Shown: positions 1 to 11,048 of the stretch, one piece after another | Numbering within the stretch: position 1 is the first letter of the stretch | Layout of the letters: every line of letters begins with the position of its first letter | Source: Chiloscyllium plagiosum | Taxonomy: Eukaryota | NCBI RefSeq assembly: GCF_004010195.1 | Contig: NC_057719.1 | Coordinates: 15,624,257 to 15,688,256 of the forward strand | Direction of reading: 5' to 3' | DNA length: 64,000 bases | The notes under the pieces: generated by a model | Seen by the model: the letters and a program-made list of their open reading frames with translations, nothing else | Database searches by the model: none | What the model was told of the DNA's origin: nothing | Program-made: the position numbers and the translations under genes

Positions 1-978
1 TTTATATAAATGATTTGGATGCAAGCATAAGAGGTATAATTAGTAAGTTTGCAGATGATGCCAAAATTGGAGGTGTAGTGGACAGCGAAGAAGTTTACCT
101 CAGATTACAACAGGATCTTGATCAGATGGGCCAATGGGCTGAGAAGGGCAGATGGAGTTTAATTCAGATAAATGCGAAGTGCTGCATTTTGGGAAAGCAA
201 ATCTTAGCAGGACTTATACACTTAATGGTAAGGTCCTAGGGAGTGTTGCTGAACAAAGAGACCTTGGAGTGCAGGTTCATAGCTCCTTGAAAGTGGAGTG
301 GCAGGTATATAGGATAGTGAAGAGGGTGTTTGGTATGCTTTCCTTTATTGGTTAGAATGTTGAGTACAGGAGTTGGGAGGTAATGTTGCAGCTGTACAGG
401 ACATTGGTTAGGCCACTGTTGGAATATTGCATGTAGCTCTGGTCTCTTTCCTTTTGGAAAGATGTTGTGAAACTTGAAAGGGTTCAGAAAAGACTTACAA
501 GGATGTTGCAGGGTTGGAGGATTTGAGCTATCGGGAGAGGCTGAACAGGCTGGGGCTGTTTTCTCTGGAGCATCAGAGGCTGAGGGGTGACCTTATAGAG
601 GTTGACAAAATTTTGAGGGGCATGGATAGGGTAAATAGGCAAAGTCTTTTCCCTGGGGTGGGGGAGTCCCGACTAGAGGGCATAGGTTTAGGGTGACAGG
701 GGAAAGATATAAAAGAGACCTACGGGCAACTTTTTCATGCAGAGGGTGCTACGTGTATGGAATGAGCTGCCAGAGGAAGTGGTGGAGGCTGGTACAATTG
801 CAACATTTAAAAGACATTTGGATGGGTATATGAATAGGAAGGGCTTAGAAGGATATGGGCCGGGAGCTAGCAGATGGAACTAGATTGGATTGGGATATCT
901 GGTCAGCATGAACGGGTTTGACCAAAGGGTCTGTTTCCATGCTGTACATCTTTATGACTCTATGACTCTATGACTCTA
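1..978 (+). mobile_element. CR1-type LINE, 3' part (RT C-terminus and tail)
   Basis: Frameshifted RT motifs SKFADDAKIGG, KCEVLHFG and RLRGDLIEV; ends in a (GACTCTAT)n tail. Confidence 0.92.
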
Positions 979-1717
979 AGAGTTTTTCCACCCTTCGGAA
1001 GCACCATAGCAATGGAGATATCAATGTGAACCCACCACCTTCTTTACATGGAAGTCCCAAGCTCAGCCATGTTGTTGTGGCTAGGTTGTAGAAACATCCA
1101 GGTGTTTCTCCAAAGTAGATGAGTGGGTGAATAAGTGAGGGGTTGGCATTCTGGGCTGCTGTTTACAACTGTCAGGGGCCAAAGTGCAAACAGCTAAAGC
1201 ATGGTCATCAATTTTCTATGCTCTGGAGTTTCTTCCCTAAATCTGAGTTCTTCACCTCCCTCTCACAGAAATCAGAAATTTACAGAATGAAAGGAGGCTA
1301 TTTAGCCTATTGTGTATGCCAGCCAACAAGTAACCACCCAGTCTAAAACCTCTTACCTGTTCTTGGTCTAAAAAGATATTGTAGGTTATGGCAGTTCAGA
1401 TGCACATCCAAGTATCTTTTAAATGTTATGACGGTTTCTGCGCTACCACCTCTTCAGATCTCAGCACTCTCTGCAATTGAACATACCCTTTTGAATCTCC
1501 TCTGGGTTCCCAAAACATACCTGAAATCTATCCCTGCTGTTTGTGGACCCTTGAACCAAGGGATAGAAGTCCCCTATTGACTCTGAATCCTTTATAATTT
1601 TATATATTGCAAATCTTTTAGGATATGTTTTAAAACTACTTCTTAACCAAGCCTTTCCCTCCCCAAATAGAAAAAAAAATAAAAACAATATTTAAAAAAG
1701 GTTTTTGGGTCAATTAT

Positions 1718-2340
1718 AGATTCATATAGCATAGAAACAGACTCTTCAGTTCAACCAGTCCATGCTGAACATAATCCCAAACTAAACTGGTCCCATCTAC
1801 CTGCCCATATCCCTTCAAATCTTTCTTATTCATGTATCTATCCAATTTAGAGTCTTTTAAACTTGAAAGGGTTCAGAAAAGATTAACAAGGATGTTGCCA
1901 GGGTTGGAGAGTTTGAGCTTTAGAGAGAGGCTGAATAGGCTGTGGCTATTTTCCTGGAGTGTCGGAGGCTGAGGTGACTTTATAAAAGTTTATAAAATCA
2001 TGAGGGGCATGGATAAGGTCAATAGTCTTTACTCACGGTAGGGGAATCCAAAACTTGAGGGCATAGGTTTAAAAGGTGAGTGAGGAAAGATATAAAAGGG
2101 ACCTAAGGGGCAACTTTTGGACACACAAGAAGTACGGAATGAACTGCCGGGGGAACTGGTGGAGGCTGATACAACACAGCATTTAAAAGGTATCTGAATG
2201 GGTACATGAATATGAATGGGAAGGGTTTAGAGGGATATGGGTCAAATGCTGACAAATGGGACTAGATTGATTTAGGATATCTGGTCGGCATGGAAGAGTT
2301 GGATCGAAGGGTCTGGCTGCGTGCTGTACAGCTCTATGAC
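1718..2340. mobile_element. Two adjacent CR1 3' fragments in opposite orientation (about 1718-1845 minus, 1858-2340 plus)
   Basis: Both pieces match the CR1 3' end seen at 470-978. Confidence 0.8.
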
Positions 2341-2824
2341 AGTGGCAGTGGCAGTGATGTGAAATTCAACACTGCACTTGAAACATAAAAGTTCGAATTA
2401 AATATAGATGGTATATAAACACTCATATTATTGATGCAATTGAACCGGGAAAAGTACACATTTTCTTGAGAGTGGCGAGTTTGCTAAATCATGTAAACTA
2501 ATATCTACGGTTTCAGAAACTTGAATTTACACAACTGATAAGATCACATTCTCCTTCTCTTCGCTGTTCAATTTTACTTAGATGACTTGAATTTCACTTC
2601 AACTGAAGATTCTGACTGGGAGGAATATTAATATTGACAGGCATCATACTTCAGAAAGCCCCTAAGAATGTGGAGGCAGTGGGGAAAGGATGAAGTCTTG
2701 CAGAATCTTGCAAAGAAAGGTGTCCTTCTGAAGTCTGATTTTAATTAAAGTGGAACTTTACTCTGTGTCTAACACCCGTCATGTCTGACTTTGAACTTAA
2801 CAGGTTTTGCAAAGTGATACTTAG

Positions 2825-2833
2825 AAAGGATAC
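2825..2833 (-). other. PROX2: U12-type (minor spliceosome) 5' splice site GTATCCTTT
   Basis: Exact match to the U12 donor consensus RTATCCTTT at the point where prospero homology stops. Confidence 0.9.
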
Positions 2834-4444
2834 ATTAACTGATTTGAATGGAGTGACATCTTCCATGGAATGCAACTCTCCACGTTCAGACTTAATGCGA
2901 GAAAGACAGAGATTCTCTGCTGGACTTCGACCTAATTGTGGGAACGGCTGTTCTGCCATATGATGGGAGATAACCTTCGATCTCATTTTGACTGCATCCC
3001 ATGAAGGAGGCGTTGATTCAGAAGATGAATCCTTTTCAGTAGCTGAGAGGCAATGTCTTATGTCATTGTGTGCACCATATCTCAATAGAGGTTCAGGCAA
3101 TTCAGTCAGAGGCATCTGCGCGCCTAACGCTAATGATAAAGGTATCTTGGTGTTAGGCATTTGGCATGCCTGTTTAATAACAGAGTTACCAATGCTAGAT
3201 TGGTTTTGGGATGATTTTCTCACTACTAATGGTATTGCTTCTGTCTGATCCTGAATGTCATAGATAGAAGGGCTTTGAGAGTTGTCATAACATCTGCGTA
3301 TCGTCATTGAATCTTGAGAGTGGCGAAGGTCATGACTGGCCATCCTCAAGTTTGAGTTCTCATTAGGCATGAGACCCTTAGGCAGAGAGGCTGGCAAGCT
3401 TTGAAATGCTTGGGAAGAGACGTTTGAAGGTTTCACAGAGAACAACTGCACTGCTGAATCTACAATGTGAGCTACTGCGTTGGTTAATTCATATTTAAGG
3501 GCGTCTGCAAGATAGCCACCCTTGACAAGAGAGAACGAAAAATGTGTATGATTGTTGAATTTCCTGTCTACATCGTGATGTTTGTTTGCATCTTTTGGCA
3601 TTGTCAGTTCTTTTTCTTGGCCAAACGATTGAGCACAGTCATAACCTTGGTCCATTTCTGAAAGGCATCTTTCTAGAGTATTTTCTCCATTCTCCCCATT
3701 GCAGTCAGGACCACCCAAATGGAAGCTGTAATCAGAAGTGTCCCCCTGGTCCTCTTGTTCAGACTCACTGGCATCATACATCTGGAAAAACTTTTCTTGA
3801 AGTTCAAGGAGTTTTCCCTGCATATCCTGTAACTGCTGCTTTAATTTATGACATTCCCGTCTCTTGTGATTCTTGAGTGATGCAGTTAATTTGGGAAATT
3901 TCCAGGGATTCTCCTGCTTTTGCTGTTGTTGAGGAAGTCTCTGCTTCCGTTTATTCTCTTTGTATCTATCTCCCAAAATTCCAGGTCGTTGGCAACAGTC
4001 CCTCTCAAGCTCACTGTTGAGGATGGTGTTCGGAGAACTGCTCATTCCTCGGATGATGTTCTCTACTCTTGCCCTCTTTGCTTGCAAATGTTTGTCGAGC
4101 AATCGGTCCCCTTCAGTGTTGGTTGAAATATGGTACTGACTGAAAGGCGAGCCAAGGTCCTGTACACTATCTTTGGAGCAGTCACTGCTTCTGTCCTCCT
4201 GAAATGATTCTGCAGTGGAATGGGACAGATTCCTTGACGAGAAGTCAAAGTCTTGAGTTGTTAAACTATTTTTCTTGGTAGCTTTGCCCAGAAAATGAGA
4301 AATGATAGCCCTGCTGGAATGGGATGGCACAGAATCCTCAAAAGCATTTCTTTTCAGGTGCACAGAGAGCTGATTTGTTTTGTCTCCTTCTGCGTAGCAG
4401 CTGCTGGAACTTTGCATTTCCTGTTTGGATATGTTGTGGTTCAT
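2834..4444 (-). CDS. PROX2: Prospero homeobox protein 2, first (large) coding exon, 537 codons; downstream homeo-prospero exons lie outside the window
   Basis: The translation has prospero-family blocks AKRARVENIIRGM, YKENKRKQRLPQQQQ, LKQQLQDMQ..LLELQEKFFQMYD, LKYEL, DQTEAIPLVVRK and LSRIKSE. First ATG is at 4444-4442 (the ORF-track start at 4456 is TTG), with an in-frame TGA upstream at 4528-4526. The exon ends phase 0 at ...PFKSVN|GTATCCTTT. PROX2 rather than PROX1 is inferred from head-to-head synteny with DLST. Confidence 0.9.
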
Positions 4445-4604
4445 TGCATAGATCAAGGGGGCTTGGACACAGGACTCAAAACAGTTCCTGACTTTTGTTG
4501 CAAAGTTTAAAGTTAAAAGAAGGTATCAAGCCTAGTATTCAGGCAATCCGATTAAGTCAAAATACTACTGACACAGTCTTTCGAAACAGCTAGAGGTCTG
4601 GATC
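4445..4604 (-). other. PROX2: 5' UTR part of the PROX2 exon, following a splice acceptor
   Basis: Minus strand reads ctcactcttctcttttattatccAG|GATCC: a polypyrimidine tract with AG at 4606-4605, 160 nt upstream of the ATG. Confidence 0.6.
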
Positions 4605-5589
4605 CTGGATAATAAAAGAGAAGAGTGAGGTTACTTTCCCAGAAAATTTATTTTAAGTCACATGGAGTGTACAACACAGGAACAAACCATTTAGCTTGAC
4701 AAATTGATGCTCTCTACATGCTCCTCAAAGCAGTCTTCGATCTACCTTCATCTCACTCCATCAATATATACTGCTATTCCTTTCTCATGTGCTTATCAAG
4801 CTTCCCCTTAAATAAATCTATACCAATTGCCTCAACTACTCAGTTTTTGTCCAAATACTTATACTTCTGAATTAAGATGTTTATCTTGAATCGCTATTGG
4901 ATTTTTTATTGATCGGCATATGAAGGACCTCAAGATTTCATTTCATCCACCCAAACTTTATCTTCTACATCAAACCCTTTTATTACTTTAAAGAAGCCCA
5001 TCATGCCCTCCTAAGCCTTTTGTTTTGTAGAATAGAGCCCCTGCCTACTCAGTCTTTCCTAATTAATATATCATCACTGTGTCTTGGCATCACCTTTGTG
5101 AATATTCCTCTACACATTTTCCAGTCATTCTTTGTACCGTTAAAAATGATTTTAGATATCTTTGCATTGGTAACCTCAAATCCTTCTGCTCCTTTACTCC
5201 ATTATACGCTTATTATTGAGGCTATATGTGGCCTCCTTTCTCTAACTAAAACACATAACTTCACACATAGCCATACTGAAATTCATTTGCCAATTCCATG
5301 CTTATTCTGTAGGTTTGTTAGAGTCCACTTAGTCATAAAGCTAATATGTTCTCTTCATGTGAAAAGTTCTAAATGTGCTGGAACAAAGACATATATACAT
5401 CTAGGAACCAATACAACCATCCATTCACCTCAGCACCATCTAAATAGGCAGCAGGAATCCACAAGGACGTGTCTGACCTCACATTCAAATGCCAAGTTCC
5501 CCTCTACAGATCCTTTCCTCACCACTTCTGAGATCTAGCAGCCTCTTTGTGGTCCTATTAAACCCCAGGATACTCCTCTACCAGTAACC

Positions 5590-6270
5590 CCAGCCACTTT
5601 TTTAAATTCCCCATGACCATTCACCGGTGTTTGCAATCTTGTCAGCTTTGATCCATCACTGAGATCATTGGTTTTCACCAGTGGTTAATTCTGCTCTGTA
5701 TCAGCTCGTCTCCTGTTGAAATCCTCATCTGCGCCTTTCTTACTTCTTTTACTTGGCAAAATCAACATACTCTTGGCCAGTCTCCCACATCAGACTCCCA
5801 ATGAACTCAGTCTTCCAAAACTCTACTTTCTTGTCCTAATTCGTCTTTTTCACTCATACCCCTCACTGATCAAAATTAGCTCCTGGTTAATCAATAACTC
5901 AATTTTAAAACTTTCATCCTTGATTTGAGATCCTTTCATGGGCTGACCCTCCTTTCCTCTGCATCAGCCACTGAGATGATGCAGTACTCAAATTCTGGTC
6001 TCTTGTGTATTCCTGATTTTAAATACTCCTCCATTCAGGCCATTGTGTCTTTAGATGCCAAGGGCCTAAGTTCTGGATTTCCTTGCTACCTTTTCTGTCT
6101 CTTCTTACCACTAGGGTTCACCTTACAATTTAACATATTGACCAAGCTCTTGGTCATCTGCCTGATGTATCGACTCAGTTGTCTTGCTTTCAAATTTAGT
6201 TTAGTAACACTCCTATGAACTCCTTGACATGTTTTACTACATTAGAGGTGTTATATAACTAGAAGATGTT
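5590..6270 (+). mobile_element. Degenerate L2-like LINE 3' fragment
   Basis: Related blocks recur at about 40355-40750 and 48530-48980, and inverted at about 12290-12660. The family name comes from recalled L2 3'-end style. Confidence 0.5.
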
Positions 6271-6958
6271 GTTATTACTGAAGGATTGAATTATTTCCAT
6301 TTTTAGCAGAGCACAGGGATGCCTTCAAATACATCTCAATCTCCCTCTTGTTCTCCCATTCAAAACTTGCCCCTAATTCACACTACTTGCAAACCAACTT
6401 GCTCTAATTATCAAACAGGTATCGTTGTCAGTTGAAAATTGAAGTTACATTAAATGGAGAAAGACTCTCACTTCATGCTGTTCTTTCAGTCTTCAACCAG
6501 GCAAACACATTTGGAAATGTGACTCTCTCCTTTGTAAAATATTCTTAATGTTATTTCATTCCAATGAACCTTTTGCGATGTACTTTAAGTATATTTAACT
6601 TAAACTTTACAATGCCTGTCTGTCTCAGAGTAGCTTTCATAATTAAGACACTCCTTAAAACCTACCTTTTTAGTCCAGCTTTGGTAACTCAGTACCTTAA
6701 TTATAAAATTAATAAGGCTCTAATATCCCATTTTTCAATTCAGACTCGAATGTTGTCTTATAAATGCCTCTGTAGGTATCCATTTCATTCAGACAAAGAT
6801 AATTGTTGCACCTTCTTTCACAAAAATACTGAACATAAGTTCTGCAGGTTAATGAAAAATATTCCATCAGTACAACTGACTGACTGGTACTGGTTTATGT
6901 TATTGTGGTCAGACTGTATAATCCAAACTAAGCTGGAGACAGCTCTGGGCAAAAATAT

Positions 6959-7032
6959 GCCTGACCTGCTGCGCTTTTCCAGCAACACATTTCCAGCTCT
7001 GATCTCCAGCATCTGCAGACCTCACTTTCTCC
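6959..7032 (+). mobile_element. Truncated Penelope-type terminal unit between 50-bp direct repeats
   Basis: Matches the 3' part of the 15142 and 53600 copies; identical flanks at 6909-6958 and 7033-7082. Confidence 0.85.
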
Positions 7033-8939
7033 TCAGACTGTATAATCCAAACTAAGCTGGAGACAGCTCTGGGCAAAAATATCAACTTCAACTTCTGGCT
7101 TTTGGGAAGGGATGACATTTTCAAATATAATGATAACTCAGTTGACAAATATGTTCATGTTATTGCAAAAATACGATCTTTTATCAATCTTTGACTTCTT
7201 TGAATCCTCTGCTTTGGTATTTAAAATGAAGTTCTTGAGAAAAAATGGCAATTGGAGAAAGATAATTCAGAAAACATTGAGTGATTTGATGGAACCTATG
7301 GCTCTTGTCTTGTTGTACAATTGCAGGCATGGGTTTATATTAGGAAAGCTCATTATAAATGTGAATATAGGACTTTAGCAGTGGGAATTCTTAGGAACTG
7401 TGACAAAAAAAAATAAGATGACATAAAAATAGAAAATGCGACAAATACTTAGCAGGCCAGCTTGTATCTATGGAGAGGGAAATACGTAACAATTCAAGTT
7501 CATGATCTTTCATCAGATAAAGGTGGTGGTGTTGTGCAATCAGGAGATGTTGATAAGATGGAACTCAGAAGGGAGAGGGAGGGAGTCAAGATTTCGGGCA
7601 GAGGGAGGGATGAAGAGACATTTCAGTCAGGATCTATTTCTTAACTCCATCGCAGAATCAGTTTCACTATGCTGTACATTTGATCAAGAGGACAGCTAAT
7701 CTCCTCAGGAACGTTTCGATCAACAGTCATTCCCTCTCACGAGCAGCAGAACAAAATTAACTCAGATAATGGATGACACACCTTCTGTTATTCTCCTTTG
7801 ATTGGGGAAAATTCCATTCGGTGTCTTCTGGCAACAGTACAGCTCTGTTATTTGGTTTACTGCAACACACATTGGAACTAAATTGGACCATTCCATGTTA
7901 GGAAGCTTTTTTGTTCCAGCCATTAGTCTCAACAATAAAAGGTAATTAGCTTTTGAGTTCCTGTACAGATCTTACAAAAGCCACTGTTATGAATCCATTT
8001 TATGACTTTGATTTTTGTTTTCCTGCTCTAAATGCAATTGTCTATTGTATCAAGCCTGTCGCTGATAAAAGAAAGTCAAAGGGGTAGAAAGATCCACTTG
8101 TCCCATTTTTACTCACTGATGTGTCTCTCCTCCTGGACTGGATCTAAACATATTTGAAAAAGCCTAAAGCACTTTTTTTCTAATACTATGAGGCAGATTA
8201 TTTCAAACATTTATCATTTTTGAGTAAAAATTTATTTCCAAATACATTGCAATTTCAAATTTATCTTATGCATATTTAAATTTATGCCCTTTGATCCTAC
8301 CAGCCTAATTCATTTTCAAGTATTACTTCTTGGTTTACTTAATCTATACTATGTAATGTGCTGTACATCGCAATAGGTCCTTCCCTTAACATGGTTTGAT
8401 CTCAATAAATAATATTTTCTATGACTAGCCAGGCAAACCTATTTCCAATTTCGACGAAGATGAACCTTTAAGCAGAGTATAACATTCAGAGCTGAACAAT
8501 AACATACATTTGTTACTAATAAATGCACTGAATATTGCACTACCTAAATCTTTTGAACAGATGAATAGCTCAGCATGCAAACCACAAAACACATTTATTA
8601 GAAATATTAATTGTAAGAATTAAGTAAAATGGCAGATTTTACTACATTACGTGACATCATAATTCCCAAGTGGCTTGTTTGAAACAACAACAATTAGGAA
8701 CGTTTTATCAGTTTTCTGTTGTACTTTATTGTTGGTTATTTGTTCATATGATGTGGGCTAGCAGGTATAGTCCATCCAAAATTATGTTGGAGAAAATGGC
8801 GATGAACTGCCTTCTTGAACTGCTTCAGTCCTTTGAACAGCAGGTTTCCTTGTTAAAAATTTTAGGAGGAGACTAATTCACATTCCATGTTTGCCTCCAT
8901 CTCAACAGTAGTACAGCAAAAATGTGATGTTGTGAGGTG

Positions 8940-9140
8940 CAGGTCATTCTGTTATATTGCGCGTTTCGTCAGTGCAAGTTGGTTATTACGCGATTGACGA
9001 ATTGTGGATATTGTTTGGATATTGCGAACTTTCTACTGAAAGGGTAGATCGATTTTATATTAGCGCCTTTCTACAGTGCAACTTTCTATAGCATGAGATT
9101 GTAGAGGAACACAACTGCCGCGTTATAGCAGAATGGCCTG
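8940..9140. mobile_element. Tc1/mariner-pogo-like MITE (201 bp)
   Basis: Terminal inverted repeats caggtcattctgttata.. and ..tatagcagaatggcctg, with TA on the right and TG on the left. Confidence 0.7.
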
Positions 9141-9969
9141 TACCATGACTACACTCAGTGTTACTCTTTAATGGTACGAAGTTTATGTTTTAAGAAAAAT
9201 GTTGTTGCATTGTGTAGGACTGGGAAAGTTTCTATTCAAGGGGCTTTATGAACCCTGTTATATGAATTACAGAAAGTTAAGATGCAAGTAGATATAGCAT
9301 GAAATTAAGGTGGCAAATGTTATGTTAGATATTGTTAGAGAAGGAGAATAGGAGTAAAGAAATTTTAAAACAATCATGCAGGGCATCAGTGAAATTACAC
9401 TCGAATACTGTGAGAAGTTTTGATGTCCTTACCAGAGGGATGATTTGCTTGAACTAGAGGGAGTGCAACAAAGATTCACGAGACTCGTTTCTGTGATGAA
9501 GGGATTGAACTGTGAGAAACAATTAGGTAGACTAGAACTATAGTTCCTGGAGATCTGACTGAAACGTAAAATACTCTGATTGCATTCTGACATTGGATGC
9601 CGGATGCTGAGTTGTAAGCAAGAGAGAGTGGTCAATAGATTTCTTATGCAATGGACATTACAGGATGGGGGTATGAAGTAGAAAGATGGAATTGTAGTAA
9701 AAGATCAGCCCAGATTTTGTTGAAATGAGCTCAAAAGGACCAAATGTTCAACTATAGTTCCTTTATCTTTTAAAAAAAAGTGTCTTTTTTGTAGAAAATT
9801 GCCAAAAGCTGGTCATCAGATTGTAGGACTAAACTGGTGTTTGGTCTGAGGAACAGAATGCCATTGAGATTGCATCTTTGCAAATGCCCTTTGGGAGACA
9901 GTATATAATTACAGAAAATAGACTGTACATCCAAAGAAGGGTCAGACTGTATGAACTTTGTTTTATTAA

Positions 9970-10190
9970 AGAACTGTGGATGGCGAAGACCTGAAAAAAC
10001 TAAGAAATAAATTGCTGGAGAAAGTCAACAGGTCTGGAACCATCTGTGAAGAGAAAAACAGAGTTAACATTTAGAGTCCAGTGATACAGATGACGGGTCA
10101 CCAGACTTGAAATATTAACTCTATCTTTTTTCCATGGATCCTGCCCGACCTGCTGAGTTTCTCCAGCAATTCCTGTATTCGTTTGTATGA
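9970..10190. mobile_element. Older palindromic Penelope-type terminal unit
   Basis: Inverted arms aattgctggagaaa...gagtccagtga and tcaccagacttga...tttctccagcaatt. Confidence 0.65.
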
Positions 10191-10764
10191 ATTTTAATCT
10201 TTGTTTCAATTACTGAACAGTTTTTTAAAAATTGCATTAGAACCTTCATATTTAATCAAAATAATCATCTGAATAAAGGCAACACAATCTTAAGCTTTCA
10301 CAAGGAAACATTAAAAATATTAAAAATGGGACTTTGGTAAAATAAAAATTAGTACATGAGGAATCAGTCATGATCCTTCCTGAAGTACTTTTCCCATTGT
10401 TTGGATAGTTCAACTTCTCCCTCCAGATTGATTATTTTACATTTGAAATTATTCTGTTTTCTCTGCTCTCCAAACAGATGGATTTCCCGTTCAATGTGAT
10501 TATGTTCAAACACTACAGTCAAAATTGCCTCTAGGTAATATTCATTGGCTGCTGATGGTTGAGGAAGGTCACTGCTACCTATTCTCCTTTCTACCCCTTT
10601 AGATGAACAATAATAAATTAGACAGTTTCTGGTAACAAAACATTAGGACCTTCTATGCTAAGGGCATGTTTAATATTAGTGGCAGAGGATAGACCACTTG
10701 AGAGTCTTAACAAGAAAAGTCACTTGTCTTCATCTATACTTCCTGCTAACTTGGGAAAGCAACC

Positions 10765-11048
10765 AACATAATCAAAGACCCCTCCCACCCCAATTATACT
10801 CACTTCCACCCTCTTTTGGTCAGGCAGAAGATATAAAGGTTGGTATACACGTACAAACAGACCTTCTTCCCTGCTGTTATCAGACTTTTGAATGGACCTC
10901 TTTAATGGTAATGTTGATATCTCTGCACCTTCTCAGCAGCATCCTTCACTCTGTTCTTTTATACTGATGCGTTTGTAAAGTACAATCTGCCTATAAAGCA
11001 GGTAAGACACCACTTTTCACTGTACACGTGACAATAATAAATCAAATT
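10765..11048 (+). mobile_element. Rex1/Babar-like LINE 3' end
   Basis: Remnant resembling IKDPSHP...GRRY...FFPAVIRLLN, ending in gtgacaataataaatcaaat. Confidence 0.55.

Noticed and set aside
2741..2833. Last 30 codons of the 571-aa ORF (VSFLSITL...)
   Set aside because: Read-through into the intron past the U12 donor; no prospero similarity.
5020..5538. 172-aa ORF
   Set aside because: No recognisable domain, non-ATG start, and it overlaps degenerate antisense CR1-like sequence.
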